Origin: an uncultured Acidobacteriota bacterium
GTDB taxonomy: Bacteria > Acidobacteriota > Thermoanaerobaculia > UBA5066 > Gp7-AA6
NCBI GenBank assembly: GCA_963764715.1
Contig: CAVXTP010000001.1
Location: forward strand, 37,532 to 101,531
DNA: 64,000 bases
Reading direction: 5' to 3'
The translations under genes and the position numbers were made by a program. This document shows, one piece after another, positions 46,960 to 58,432 of this stretch. The notes beneath the pieces are model-generated. The model saw nothing but the letters and a program-made list of their open reading frames with translations. It did not search any database and had not been told where the DNA came from. How positions within the stretch are numbered: position 1 is the first letter of the stretch; the number at the start of each line of letters is the position of its first letter.

Positions 46960-49284
46960 CTAGGGCTCTCCCGATGAAACTCGCGGGCCGGGTAGCGGGT
47001 GTGGAGACCGCGGTCCCGGGTTCGCCGAAAGGGGCGTCGACCGGTCAGTCGTCAGTCTGAGCATGAAGACGACTCCCGTTCCGGCCGCGCCGCCCTCGGA
47101 AGCGGTGCCATAGAGGTTACCGTCCGAGTCCTGAATCAGCGCCGCCATGGGGTAGGCGCCGTCGCGACCGCTGAAGCTGTGAAGCGTCGTCAGGGTCTGC
47201 GTAGGCTCGAGCTTGAAGACCGTCCCGGCGCCTGCTGCGCCGCCTGAAGATGTCGTTCCGTAGAGGTTGCCCGAGGCGTCCCGCAGCAGCGCGGCCAGCG
47301 GGCGGGCTCCGTCGGCGCCGCTGAAGCTGTGCAGCGTCGTCAACGTCCCCGAAGGCTCGAGCTCGAAGACGGTTCCCACATCGGCAGCGCCACCCCCGGA
47401 AGTGGTCCCGTACAGGTTGCCGGAATCGTCCCGGATCAAGGCAGCGTAGGGATAGGCCCCGTCCTCCCCATCGAACGTGTGAAGTGTCGTGAACACACCC
47501 GACGCGTCGAGCTCGAAGATCGTGCCGACGCCATTTGCGCCGCCGCCCTTGGTGGTCCCATAGAGATTCCCGGCCTCGTCCAGAACGAGGCCGTCATCCG
47601 GATACAACAGGTTGTAATACGGGCCGGCGCGGTCGCTGAAAACAAAGCTGTGAAGCGTGGTCAGCATTCCCTCGCCGTCGAGCTTGAAGACCGTACCGTG
47701 GCTACTCTCGCCTCCCTGTTGGGTGGTCCCGTAGAGACTTCCGGAATGGTCCCTGACCAGGGTGGCCCCTGGGTTGGCGCCGTCGAACCAGTTGAACCGG
47801 TGGAGCGTCGTCAGCGCGCCGCCCGCGTCTACCCTGAACATCGTCCCGTTGGCATTGAGGCCGAGAGTGGTGCCGTAGAGATTGCCGGAGTCGTCCCGGG
47901 TCAGCGCCGCCCTCGGAAGGCCGTCGAGGCGGGCGAAGCTGTACAGCGTCGCCGCACTGCCCGAGTCGTCGAGCTCGAAAACCGTCCCGTAGCGTTCACG
48001 GCCCCCGAGGTAAGTCGTCCCGAAGATGCGTCCCGAGGCGTCCTGGACAAGGGCGCTGTAGGGATACGCCCCGGCGTTGGGACGATTGAAGTCGTGCAGC
48101 GTGGTCAGCGTTCCCGAGGCGTCGAGCTTGAAGACCGTACCGTCGCCGCCCGCGCCGCCACTTGAAGTCGTCCCATAGAGATCGCCCGAGGAGCCCCGAA
48201 TCAAGGGAGCATACGGCCTCGCACCATCGGACCCGTCGAAGGCGTGGAGTGTCACCAGAGTCCCCGTGGCAGAGAGCCTGAAAACCGTACCGTTGCCGCT
48301 CGCTCCGCCGCGGACGGTCGTTCCGTACAGGGCCCCTGAGTCGTCGCGGATCAGAGCCGAATCGGGCTGGTCACCGTCGGAGCCGCTGAAGCTGTAGAGG
48401 GAAGTCAGCGTACCCGAGCTATCGAGTTTGAAGACCGTCCCCTTTCCGCCACCTCCGCCGCCCGAAGTCGTCCCGTAAAGATTGCCCGAAGCATCCCGGA
48501 TCAGCGACGCATGAGGGCTTGCTCCGTCCGAACCGTTGAAACTGTGGAGCGTCGTCAGGGTCTCTGAGCTGTCGAGTTTGAAGATCGTTCCCTTGCCCGC
48601 AGCACCGCCGGCCGCGGTGGTCCCGTAGAAATTGCCCGAGGTGTCCCGGATCAGGGCGCCATAGGGGTTGGCGCCGTCGGGTCCTTTGAAGCCGTGGAGC
48701 GTCGTCAGAGTCCCCGAACTGCCGAGCTTGAAGATCGTACCGTTCGGGTAAGCAGTCTTGGGCCCACCGCTGAAGGTCGTCCCGTAGAAATTACCAGACT
48801 CGTCCCTGATCAACTCGGAGTATGGATTGGCGCCGTAGTAAGTGCTGATGGTCGTGAAGTCGGCCAAACTGGTCAGCGTCCCCGATCTGTCGAGCCTGAA
48901 AATGGTGCCGCCACCCTTAGCCCCGCCGTTTGCAGTCGTCCCGTAGAGGTTGCCGAACTCGTCCCGGATCAGAGAAGAATAGGGCGTCGAGCCGTCGTCA
49001 CCGTTGAACGTATAGAGCCGCGTCAGCACGCCAGAACCGTCGAGTCTGAACACCGTCCCGTGTCCCCACGCGCTGTCCTCCGAAGTCGTCCCGTAGAGGT
49101 TGCCGGACTCGTCGAAGATCAGCGCGCCGTGGGGATGGATCGGTTGGAGATCGAAGTTGTGGAGCACACGGTAGCTCTGGGCGGCTATGGTGGCAGCGGC
49201 AAACCACACGACCGCGACCGCGAGGACAACTGACCTCGGCGAGGGAGCGACCCGCCGGCGGCGGTGCCTGATTATCGCGCCCAT
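46960..49284 (-). CDS. Choice-of-anchor tandem repeat (GloVer-type) secreted protein, 14 repeats
   Basis: Signal peptide; 14 units of PxxxLIxDxSGNLYGTT..GG...GTVFKL. Confidence 0.9.
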   Translation of the reverse strand: MGAIIRHRRRRVAPSPRSVVLAVAVVWFAAATIAAQSYRVLHNFDLQPIHPHGALIFDESGNLYGTTSEDSAWGHGTVFRLDGSGVLTRLYTFNGDDGSTPYSSLIRDEFGNLYGTTANGGAKGGGTIFRLDRSGTLTSLADFTTISTYYGANPYSELIRDESGNFYGTTFSGGPKTAYPNGTIFKLGSSGTLTTLHGFKGPDGANPYGALIRDTSGNFYGTTAAGGAAGKGTIFKLDSSETLTTLHSFNGSDGASPHASLIRDASGNLYGTTSGGGGGGKGTVFKLDSSGTLTSLYSFSGSDGDQPDSALIRDDSGALYGTTVRGGASGNGTVFRLSATGTLVTLHAFDGSDGARPYAPLIRGSSGDLYGTTSSGGAGGDGTVFKLDASGTLTTLHDFNRPNAGAYPYSALVQDASGRIFGTTYLGGRERYGTVFELDDSGSAATLYSFARLDGLPRAALTRDDSGNLYGTTLGLNANGTMFRVDAGGALTTLHRFNWFDGANPGATLVRDHSGSLYGTTQQGGESSHGTVFKLDGEGMLTTLHSFVFSDRAGPYYNLLYPDDGLVLDEAGNLYGTTKGGGANGVGTIFELDASGVFTTLHTFDGEDGAYPYAALIRDDSGNLYGTTSGGGAADVGTVFELEPSGTLTTLHSFSGADGARPLAALLRDASGNLYGTTSSGGAAGAGTVFKLEPTQTLTTLHSFSGRDGAYPMAALIQDSDGNLYGTASEGGAAGTGVVFMLRLTTDRSTPLSANPGPRSPHPLPGPRVSSGEP

Positions 49285-49451
49285 CTCCCTTCGGAATCGG
49301 ACCCTTGCGGCTTTGCTGCGGCAAACATACTCCCGCCTGGCCGCCCTCGCACCCGCATATCCGCGCAGGCGGCGGAGTCGAGGCCGGGCTCTTTGGTGGA
49401 ATTGCCCCTCCCGCCGCCCGGTTCGGACGCGCGTAACGCGAAGGAGCCGCG

Positions 49452-50413
49452 ATGAAGCGTCCACTCCCGGTGACTGCCCTCGCCGCCGCCTTGGTTGCCG
49501 CGGTCCTCTACGCTCAGCAGCCCTCCCCGACTCCCGGACCGACCCCGCCTGCGCGCCCGGAGATGGTCGACCTCCGGTTCATCCGGATGAAGATCTCGGC
49601 CGGGGACCTGCCGAGCGCGGAGTCGATCCTGGAGGTGCACCGCGCGGAGAAGGGCGAGGACGGCGAGTACCTCCTCGGCCTCGCGTGGCTCGCGCGCGGG
49701 GCGGCGCTGGTGGAGGACTGGCCGGCGGCGTCGCGCTACGCGAAGGCGGCGCGGGAGCTCGCGGTCGCCCGCCTCGGCACGCCGCCCGACTGGGAGAACG
49801 CCGCCGGGGCGCAGTACGCCCTCGGCACGGCGATCGAGGTCGAGGCGCAGGCGCTCGTGGCCGCGGGCAAGAAGGCGCAGGCGCTCAAGTTCCTCGACGA
49901 GAGCGCGCGGGTGCAGGAGAAGGCGCCGTACAACCTGCAGGCCCGGATCCAGAAGCGCCGCAACCAGATCGAGATCGTCGGGCAGAAGGCGCCGGGCATC
50001 CGCGCCGAGGACCGCGTCGGGCCGGAGTTTGCGGGCCTCGAGGCGCTCCGCGGGAAGCCGGTTGTTCTGTTCTTCTGGTGGGAGGCGTGCGGGGACTGCA
50101 AGGCCCAGGCGGCGGCCTTCCGCCGGACCGTCGAGAAATACGCCCCGAAGGGCGTCGCCTTCGTCGCGCCGACGCGCTTCTACGACGAGAACCGGGCCGA
50201 GGAGAAAGCCAAGATCGAAAAGACCTGGACGAGCTCTATGGCCTCGCGGGCTCCGTGCCGGTTCCGATCAGCGACGAGGCCATGCGGCGCTACGGCGTCT
50301 CGGCGACCCCGACGTTCGCGTTCGTCGACCGCAACGGCGTCGTCACGCAATACCTCCCGTACCGAATGACGGATGAACGGCTTTCGGCGACGATTGATGC
50401 CCTGCTGCGTTAG
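49452..50413 (+). CDS. TlpA/thioredoxin-like protein with helical N-terminal domain (frameshift ~50235)
   Basis: LRGKPVVLFFWWEACGDC (CXXC); the other frame continues YGVSATPTFAFVDRNG. Confidence 0.8.
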
Positions 50414-50458
50414 GCCTCGTGGCACCTCATTCCTCCGGTGTCGGCGTAGACTGCCCTC

Positions 50459-50647
50459 GTGACCGAAGAGGGCGGATATCGAAGCGCGAATCAGGAGTTG
50501 CGAGATCTCCTGTCACTCCGGGAAGTGACTCCGGAAGACTTTGCGCTGATCGATGAAAGGCTTCGTTTGACGCCAGAGCAGCGCCTGGAAGCCAACGCTG
50601 CCGCTCTTCGCCTCCTCCTCGAGGAAATAGAAAAGCGAAAGCGCTAG
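50459..50647 (+). CDS. Small hypothetical protein
   Basis: 62-aa ORF, lower GC, LIDERLRLTPEQRL. Confidence 0.55.
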   Translation: MTEEGGYRSANQELRDLLSLREVTPEDFALIDERLRLTPEQRLEANAAALRLLLEEIEKRKR

Positions 50648-50660
50648 CCCCGCGGCCGCT

Positions 50661-51896
50661 TCAGTGCACGAGCAGCGTCGCCAGCCCCAGCAGCATTCCC
50701 ATGCTCACGACGTCGGTCGCCGTCGTCAGGAAGATGCTCGACGCGGTCGCGGGATCGGCGCCGAGGCGCTTCAGGGTCAGCGGAACGAGAGCGCCCGCGA
50801 TGCCGCTGATCATGCAGGCGATCGTCATCGCCATCCAGACGACGAAGCCGAGCAGCAGCGCGTGGCCCTGAGGTTGCGAGCGCGCGTAAAACCACATCCC
50901 GGCGCCGGCGACGAGGCCGACGAGCGCGCCGTTCAGCAGGCCGAGCATCGCCTCCTTGATCACCAGCCGGCGGGGCTTCATCGTCCGCAGCTCCCCCAGC
51001 GTCAGGCCGCGCAGCGTCACGGCGAGCGCCTGGCAGCCGGAGTTGCCCGACTGGCCGGCGAGGACCGGCAGGAACACGGCGAGGACGACGAGCCGGTCGA
51101 TCGTGCTCTGGAAGAACCCGACGACCGCGGCGGCCACGAACGCCGTCAGCAGGTTGAGTTGCAGCCACGGGTGCCGGAAGCGGAAGCTCCGCCACCAGTG
51201 GGTGGCGACCCGCTCCTCCTTCTCGACGCCGACCATGGCGCCGGCCTGGGCGCTGATCTCGTACGCCTGGCGCTCGAAGAGGGCCTGCCCCCGCACCATG
51301 CCGACGAGGCGGCCCCCGGCGTCGGTCACGGGGTACGCCGGGAAGTGGCGCGTCACGACGGTCCGCATCGCGTCGACCAGAGGCATGTCCGGCTGCAGCG
51401 AGAACGGGTCGCGCAGCATGATCTCGTCGAGGCGCTGGTCGCGCCCGGCGAAGAGAAGCTCGCGGAACGCGAGGACCCCGACGAGCTTCCCGTCGGAGTC
51501 GGTCACGAAGACGTAGGTGATGAAGGCCTTCTGCACGAGCTCGCGGAGGTTCTCGATCGCGTCGCCCACCTTCGTTTCGGGGCGATAGACGGCGAGGGCC
51601 CGTTCCATCAGCCGTCCGACGCTCTCCTCGGGGTAGTGGAGGTCGATCAGCCACTGCGCGCCCCGCCCGTCCGGCGCCGCGGCGGCGATCTGCTCGCGCC
51701 GCGCCGCGGGCATGCGGCCGAGGATGTCGACGGCGGCGGCGGGGTTGATCAGGGCGAGCGACCGCGCGGCGATGTCGTCGGTCTCGCTGCGGAGGCGTTC
51801 CACGGCCTCGGGGGGCGGGAGCCTCTGCAAGTCCTCGCTCAGGGCCACCAGGCGCGGGGCGTCGGTCAGAACCTGCCGGCGGTCGGCGGAATCCAT
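50661..51896 (-). CDS. mgtE: Magnesium transporter MgtE family
   Basis: YPEESVGRLM, CBS pair, RHPWLQLNL, GQSGNSGCQ, ADPATASSIFLTTATD. Confidence 0.9.
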   Translation of the reverse strand: MDSADRRQVLTDAPRLVALSEDLQRLPPPEAVERLRSETDDIAARSLALINPAAAVDILGRMPAARREQIAAAAPDGRGAQWLIDLHYPEESVGRLMERALAVYRPETKVGDAIENLRELVQKAFITYVFVTDSDGKLVGVLAFRELLFAGRDQRLDEIMLRDPFSLQPDMPLVDAMRTVVTRHFPAYPVTDAGGRLVGMVRGQALFERQAYEISAQAGAMVGVEKEERVATHWWRSFRFRHPWLQLNLLTAFVAAAVVGFFQSTIDRLVVLAVFLPVLAGQSGNSGCQALAVTLRGLTLGELRTMKPRRLVIKEAMLGLLNGALVGLVAGAGMWFYARSQPQGHALLLGFVVWMAMTIACMISGIAGALVPLTLKRLGADPATASSIFLTTATDVVSMGMLLGLATLLVH

Positions 51897-51982
51897 GCGT
51901 CCTCCTGGCGAATGCGGTGAGTGCCGCGCCATCATAGTCGGACGGGAATTTCGCCGGAGGATATCTGTTCTGCCATCGAATC

Positions 51983-52654
51983 ATGCTCAATGCCCTGTTG
52001 CTCGCGGCCGCGGCCCTGTCCGCCGCCCCCGGGACCGGTCCGTCGCGCGCCGCCCTGGAGGCCCAGGTGCCCCGCCCGTCGCACCCCGCCCTGGAGGCGG
52101 CCCTCGCGGCGTGGAGCCACGCGGTCGGCACGGGCGCGGTGGAGCGTCCCGGGATCCTGACCGTCATCGACTACTCCCGGCCTTCGACCGAGCCCCGGCT
52201 CTTCGTGATCGACGTGGCGACGAACCGCGTCCTCTTCTCGGAGCTGGTGGCGCACGGGCGGGGCAGCGGGGACAACGCCGCCGAGCGCTTCTCGAACGCG
52301 GACGGCAGCCACATGTCGAGCCTCGGCGTCTTCCGCGCGGGCGGCACCTACAACGGGCAGCACGGCCTGTCGCTCCGCCTCGACGGGCTCGAGCCGGGAT
52401 TCAACGACCGGGCGCGCGAGCGCGCGATCGTGGTGCACGCCGCCGGTTACGTCAGCCGGGCGATGATCGCGTCGCAGGGACGCCTCGGAAGAAGCTGGGG
52501 CTGCCCGGCCGTCCGCCCGGCGATCGCGAAGGAGCTCATCGAGGCGATCAAGGACGGCTCGCTCGTGGTCGCCTATTTCCCCGACGCGGACTGGCTCGCC
52601 CGCTCGGCCTTCCTCGAGACGCCTAGGACTTCACGGACGGCGGATCCGAGTTGA
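51983..52654 (+). CDS. Murein L,D-transpeptidase catalytic domain protein (YkuD_2)
   Basis: VIDYSRPS...VAHGRGSG...SSLG...IVVH...GRSWGCPAV. Confidence 0.88.
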   Translation: MLNALLLAAAALSAAPGTGPSRAALEAQVPRPSHPALEAALAAWSHAVGTGAVERPGILTVIDYSRPSTEPRLFVIDVATNRVLFSELVAHGRGSGDNAAERFSNADGSHMSSLGVFRAGGTYNGQHGLSLRLDGLEPGFNDRARERAIVVHAAGYVSRAMIASQGRLGRSWGCPAVRPAIAKELIEAIKDGSLVVAYFPDADWLARSAFLETPRTSRTADPS

Positions 52655-53694
52655 CGACGTTCAACGTCGGCCCCGTCGTCTCCTCGAGCACGGGAGAATC
52701 GGTCACGTAGAGGGTCGCCCCGGGCGTCAGGACCTTGAGGAGCTCGGCCGCGAAGGGCGCCGGCACGTCGACGCGGGAGGCATTCTCGAGGTTCATCGCG
52801 ACGCCTCCCCCCACGCGCGCGCCCGGCAGCGCGATCCCCATCCAGCGCATTCCCCCGGGCGTGTCCGGGTTCGCCGGGGAGCCCGGCTCCGACTTGAGAA
52901 TGAAGGCCTCGGTGCCGATCGGCTTTTCCGGCGAGACGATGGTGATCGCCGCGCGGCCGATCTCGACGGCCGTTGCGCATGACCAGAATCTGCCGGTCCG
53001 CGCCGCTGACGACGACCGTGATCGGGCCCGTCGCCGACTTCTCGGGCTGCCAGCGCCAGGTGTCGCCCGAGGGCAGGCGCGGCTCTACGTCGTCGGCTCC
53101 CCGCGCGTCGACCGGCGCCATGAATCCGGGATGCACGACGTCGACCGGCGCGGTCGCGTCGTTGGCGATCACGACGGTGATGCCGACGCTCGTGACGCCG
53201 AAGAGCAGCTCCGCGAACCGGGACGGCAGGTGCACGCAGCCGTGCGACTCGGGATATCCCGGCAGGCCTCCGGCATGCAGCGCGACCCCGTCCCAGGTCA
53301 GCCGCTCCGCATACGGCATCGGAGCGTTGTTGTAGGTCTTGGAGCGGTGGTCCTTGTCCTTGGCGAGGATCGTGAAGATCCCGGTCGGCGTCGCGTGGCC
53401 GGGCTTGCCCGTCGACACCCCGGCCGCCCCGATCGCGACGCCGTTGCGGTACACCTTCGCGATCTGCCGGGGGATGCTGACGACGATCACGAGCGGTCCG
53501 TCGGGCGCCGCCCCGGCGTCCCAGAGAAACTGTCCCGGCTTCAGCTTCTCGGGATCGGTGCCGACCGGCTCCGGCTCCCGGGCTCCCCAGAACGGAACCG
53601 GCGCGGCGGCGACGATCCGCGGCGCCGCGGCGAGCAGCGCCAGCGCGAAGGCCGCGCCGAGACGGACCGGGCGTCGGAATCGAGCGGGAATCAA
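52623..53694 (-). CDS. L,D-transpeptidase (frameshift ~52970)
   Basis: VSTGKPGHATPTGIF; ALHAGGLPGYPESHGCVHLP. Confidence 0.85.
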
Positions 53695-53741
53695 GCTTTC
53701 GACAGACTACGCGCTCCGGCGGTCCGCGCCAAGCGCCTCCG

Positions 53742-54203
53742 TCAGTAGTGCTTGCCCTCGATTTCGGCGGCGCGGCGGATCGCCGCCCGGATGCGCAGGT
53801 ACGTGCCGCACCGGCACAGGTTGTCGTTCATCGCGGCGACGATCTCGTCGTCGCCGGGATTGGGCGTCTTTCCGAGGAGGGCCGCGGCCTGCATGATCTG
53901 GCCGGCCTGACAGTAGCCGCACTGCGAAACGTCCTCGGCGATCCAGGCCTGCTTGAGACCCGGGGCGTCGAGCCCCTCGATCGTCGTGACGCGCTTGCCA
54001 TCCACGGCCGAGATCGGCACCTGGCACGAGCGATAGGCCTCGCCGTTGAGATGGACGGTGCAGGCGCCGCAGATTCCGGAGCCGCACCCGTACTTCGTGC
54101 CGGCCAGGCCCAGCCGGTCCCGCAGCACCCACAGCAGCTGCATGTCCCCGGGGGCTTCGACGTTCGAGGACTTGCCGTTGACGACGAGCGTGAAGCGCGG
54201 CAC
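53742..54203 (-). CDS. (2Fe-2S) subunit, isoquinoline 1-oxidoreductase alpha-like
   Basis: [16 protein letters not shown]; QCGYCQAGQ; NLCRCGTY. Confidence 0.93.
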   Translation of the reverse strand: MPRFTLVVNGKSSNVEAPGDMQLLWVLRDRLGLAGTKYGCGSGICGACTVHLNGEAYRSCQVPISAVDGKRVTTIEGLDAPGLKQAWIAEDVSQCGYCQAGQIMQAAALLGKTPNPGDDEIVAAMNDNLCRCGTYLRIRAAIRRAAEIEGKHY

Positions 54204-54204
54204 G

Positions 54205-56370
54205 TCAGGCTCCTTTCAGGTCTTCGGCGCGTACCGGAAGGCTGCGGATCCGGCGGCCCGCCGCGGACGACAGGGCGTTGGCGACGGCCGCGGTGGTGAC
54301 GGGCACCGGGGGCTCGCCCATCCCTGTGGGCGGCGCGTCGCTCTCGACGATGTGGGTCTCGACCCTCGGCATGTCGCGCAAGCGAAGAATCGGGAAGTCG
54401 TTGTAGTTGCCCTGCTCGACGCGCCCGGCCTTGAGCGTGATCTCGGTCGACAGCGCCGAAAGCGCCCACGCCACCGAACCCTCGACCTGCGCGCGGATGC
54501 CCAGCGGGTTGACGGCGACGCCGCAATCCACGGCGCACACGACCCGGTCCACCCGCCACACGCCGCCCGCTTCCACCGTGACCTCGGCGACGACGGCGGC
54601 CGGCGTCCGGCCGTCGTAGGACATGCACGCCACGCCGCGGCCGCGGCCCCGCGCCAGCGGCGCCGACCACTTCGCCTTGTCCGCCGCGAGCGCGAGCGCC
54701 GCGGCCAGGCGCGCGCGATCCACGGGCTCCCCTTCGCGCCCGCCCGGAACGACCGCCTCCCGGCGCAGCAGCGCCAGTCGATAGGCCACGGGGTCCTTTC
54801 CCGCGGCGCGCGCGAGCTCGTCGAGGAAGCACTCCGCGGCAAACACGTTGTGGTTGTGCGCCACGCCGCGCCACGAGCTCACGCGGACGGGGGTCGACGC
54901 CGGGAACCCGCCGACCTCGAACGCCGGGATCGCATAGGCAAGATCGTAGGCGCCGCGCAGGAGCCCCCGGAGCTGGTCCTCGGCGACCGGACCGGACGGC
55001 GCCGGCCAGACCGCGACCGCCACGGAGTGGCGCCAGGCGGTCGGATCGCCCGCGGCGTCGATCCCCGCCGCCAGGCGGTGCAGCGATACGGGATGGAAAT
55101 CACCATTACGCATGTCGTCCGATCGCGTCCAGAGGATGCGAACCGGAGCCTTCGCCGCGCGCGAGGCCTCCACGGCGTCGAGCACGAAGTCGACGCGGCC
55201 TCGCCGACCGAAACCGCCTCCGAGCAGCGTCACGTTCACGGTGACCGCGGATTCCGGAAGGCCGAGCAGCTTCGCGGCCTCGGACTGCGCGCGGTTGGGC
55301 GCCTGCGACCCGGCCCAGATCTCGCACCGATCGGCGCGGACATCGGCCGCCGCGCTCATCGGCTCCAGGGGAGCGTGAGCCTGGTATGGATAGAAGTACT
55401 CGGCCTCGAGCTTGCGGGAGGCCGCCGCGAGCGCCGTCGCCGCGTCGCCCCCGCGCTTCAGGACGCCGCCGGGCTTCGCAAGGGCCGCACGAAGACCCGC
55501 CAGGACCTCGGCCGTGCCGACCCTCGCGTTGGGCCCTTCGTCCCACACGATCGTCGGCTCGAGCGCCTCGCGCGCCGCCAGCACCGCCGCCGTGTCGTCG
55601 GCGACGACGACGAGCCCGGCCGCGACCGGCGCGACGAGACGCACGCCCGGGACGGCGCGGGCCTTCGCGTCGTTCCACGTCTTCGCCTTGCCCCCGTCGA
55701 CCGGACAGCGGACGACGCTTCCGACTTTCATGCCGGGGCGCTGGACGTCCGACGCGAAGAGCGGCGCGCCGGCCACGATCCGCGGCGCATCGACGCGCCG
55801 GCGGTCCTTTCCGATCTGACGCCAGGCGGACCGCGGCTTCAGGGCCGGCGATGCGGGAACCGGAAGCCGGCTGGCCGCGGCCGCGAGCTCGCCGTAGCCG
55901 AGGCTGCGGCCGGACTCGCCATGGATGACGCGGCCCTTCTCGGCCCGACAGGCGGTCGCGTCCACGCCCCACTTCGCGGCGGCCGCCGCGACGAGCATCT
56001 CGCGCGCTGCCGCGCCGGCGGTGCGCATCGGCATCCAGGTCGTCCGGGTGCTGCGGCTCCCGTAGGTCCCCATGTCCTGGAAATCCGGGCCGGGCGTGGC
56101 CTGGTCGAGCGCGACCGTGTCGACGTCGACCTCGAGCTCCTCCGCGAGGATCACGGGCAGAGACGTTCGCACGCCCTGCCCCATCTCGGACTTGTCCACG
56201 GTCAGCGTGACCTTGCCCGAGGGGTCGATCCGCACCCATGCGTTGGGGCGAAATTCCGCGGCTGTCCCTTCGGCCGCCCGCGCGAACCGCACGCCGAGAC
56301 GAGCCCTCCCGCCGAGACCGGCTGAGATCCGCAGGAAGTCGCGCCGGGTCGCCTGGCGGGCCGCGCTCAC
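54205..56370 (-). CDS. Molybdopterin-binding subunit, IorB-like, with Tat signal
   Basis: TRRDFLRIS; SEMGQG; HAPLEP; GGGFGRR; GMGEPP. Confidence 0.92.
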   Translation of the reverse strand: MSAARQATRRDFLRISAGLGGRARLGVRFARAAEGTAAEFRPNAWVRIDPSGKVTLTVDKSEMGQGVRTSLPVILAEELEVDVDTVALDQATPGPDFQDMGTYGSRSTRTTWMPMRTAGAAAREMLVAAAAAKWGVDATACRAEKGRVIHGESGRSLGYGELAAAASRLPVPASPALKPRSAWRQIGKDRRRVDAPRIVAGAPLFASDVQRPGMKVGSVVRCPVDGGKAKTWNDAKARAVPGVRLVAPVAAGLVVVADDTAAVLAAREALEPTIVWDEGPNARVGTAEVLAGLRAALAKPGGVLKRGGDAATALAAASRKLEAEYFYPYQAHAPLEPMSAAADVRADRCEIWAGSQAPNRAQSEAAKLLGLPESAVTVNVTLLGGGFGRRGRVDFVLDAVEASRAAKAPVRILWTRSDDMRNGDFHPVSLHRLAAGIDAAGDPTAWRHSVAVAVWPAPSGPVAEDQLRGLLRGAYDLAYAIPAFEVGGFPASTPVRVSSWRGVAHNHNVFAAECFLDELARAAGKDPVAYRLALLRREAVVPGGREGEPVDRARLAAALALAADKAKWSAPLARGRGRGVACMSYDGRTPAAVVAEVTVEAGGVWRVDRVVCAVDCGVAVNPLGIRAQVEGSVAWALSALSTEITLKAGRVEQGNYNDFPILRLRDMPRVETHIVESDAPPTGMGEPPVPVTTAAVANALSSAAGRRIRSLPVRAEDLKGA

Positions 56371-56490
56371 TTCGCCGTTCTCTCCTGGCAATAGACGAAG
56401 CCGACGATCTGCCACTTTCCCTCCACCTTGAGAAGCGAAGCGTAGTCGATCCAGCGAGGCTCCGACAGGCCGCCGTCATAGTATTCGCGC
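56367..56490 (-). pseudogene. C-terminal fragment of an NTF2-like/lumazine-binding protein
   Basis: WIDYASLLKVEGKWQIV motif with GTGA overlap into the IorB-like gene; no N-terminus. Confidence 0.55.
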
Positions 56491-56491
56491 G

Positions 56492-57633
56492 ATGAGCTCC
56501 CGCGGTTCGGCCTCGGTCGAGCTGCGCCCGGGAGCGGGCGCGGGACGGGGCGCCGTCCTGCGCTCTCGCCGGCCCCTTCGACGTCTCGACGGCCGCCGCG
56601 GCGCGCCGGCAGATCCTCGAGGCCCTCGGCGGAGCGCGGCCCGCCGCTCTCGAGGTCGACGCGAGCGGCATCGACCGCGGCGACGTCTCGGGGATGGCCC
56701 TGCTCTACGAGCTCGCGCAGGGACGGCTGCTGCCCGGCGTGCGCGCTCCGGTCAAGGGCCTGCGCCCCGAGTTCCAGACGCTGCTGGCGGCCTTTCCGAC
56801 GCCGGAGGCTCTCGACGCGCTGGCGGCGCCGCCGGAGAAGCGAGGCTTCTTCCGCGAGGTCGGGGCCGCCACGCGGTCGATGTTCGCGGACCTCGGCGCG
56901 CAGATGTCCTTCATCGGCGGCGTCGTCCTGGGGTTCGCCGCCGTGCTGCGGCGTCCGCGCCTCATGCGCTGGCGCGAGGTCGCGGTCGTCTTCGAGAAGG
57001 CCGGCGTCAACGCCCTGCCGATCGTCTCGCTCATCAGTCTTCTCATGGGCCTCGTCATCGCGTTCGAGGCCGCGCAGCCCCTCGAGATGTTCGGCGCCCA
57101 GATCTTCATCGCCGACATGATCGGCCTCGTCATGGTCCGCGAGTTCTCGCCGATCTTCACGGCGATCATCTTCGCCGGGCGCTCGGGCTCGGCCTTCGCC
57201 GCCGAGATCGGCACCATGAAGGTCAACGAGGAGTTGAACGCCCTCGAGACGATGGGCCTCGACCCGATGCGCTTCCTCGTGATCCAGCGCGTCTTCGCCG
57301 GGACGATGCTGATGCCGGTCCTCGCGGCCTACTCGATGGTCCTCGGCGTCTTCGGCGGCGTCCTCGTCATGCTGACGATGGGCTTCCCGCTCGCCCAGAT
57401 CTGGGGCCAGCTCGAGGGCGCCCTCCACGTTCGGGACGTCGTCGTCGGGAGTCTCGAAGTCGTTCGTCTTCGGGGCGATCGTCGCCGGCCTCGGCTGCCT
57501 GCGCGGGATGCAGACGAAGGAGGGCCCCAACGCCGTCGGCGACTCGACGACCCGCGCCGTGGTGGCGGGGATCCTCATGATCATCGTCGTGGACGCCGTC
57601 TACAGCGTCATCACCTACGTGCTGCACGTATGA
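56492..57633 (+). CDS. MlaE-family ABC permease with N-terminal STAS-like domain (frameshifts)
   Basis: AGRSGSAFAAEIGTMKVNEELNALETMGLDP; AVGDSTTRAVV. Confidence 0.85.
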
Positions 57634-58432
57634 GCGCCACACCGCCGGCCCCGACCGTCATCGACGTCGACGACGTGACGATCGCGTACGGCCCGAAGGT
57701 CATCCAGAAGGACCTCACCTTCCAGGTCCGCCGCGGGGAGGTCTTCGTGATCCTCGGCGGCTCGGGGTGCGGCAAGAGCTCGCTCCTGAAGACACATGAT
57801 CGGCCTCTACCGGCCGCCGACCGGCCGCATCCTCTTCGAGGGGGACGACATCGTGACGGCCGACGGGGGACGACCGCCTCCGGCTGCTCCGGAAGTTCGG
57901 CGTGATGTACCAGAGCGGCGCGCTCTTCGGCTCGATGACCGTGCTCGAGAACGTCCGGCTGCCGCTCGACGAGTTCACCGACCTCGAGGCCGAGCAGAAG
58001 GACCTCGTCGCGATGGCGAAGCTCAACCTCGTGGGCCTGCTGCCGGCGGCCGCGCAGAAACCGTCCGCCCTCTCCGGAGGCATGCAGAAGCGCGCCGGCA
58101 TCGCCCGCGCGATGGCGCTCGACCCGGGGATCCTCTTCCTCGACGAGCCGTCGGCGGGCCTCGACCCGATCACGTCGGCCGGCCTCGACCAGACGATCCG
58201 GGAGCTGTCCCGCGGCCTCGGCATCACGTTCGTCGTCGTGACCCACGAGCTCCAGAGCATCTACGCGATCGCCGACCGCTGCGTCATGCTGGACGCGCGG
58301 ACGAAGACCATCATCGCCGAAGGAAAGCCCGCGGACCTGCGAGACCATTCCGACGACCCGTACGTCCGCCAGTTCTTTCTCCGCCAGGCCGAGCCGGCCG
58401 CGGCGGGGACGAAGGAGAGTCCGACTTCATGA
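57630..58432 (+). CDS. MlaF-like ABC ATPase (frameshifts)
   Basis: GGSGCGKS; YQSGALFGS; LSGGMQKRAG; LDEPSAGLDP. Confidence 0.88.

Noticed and set aside
49285-49450. Riboswitch upstream of the GloVer gene
   Set aside because: Only weak pairing potential; no recognisable aptamer consensus
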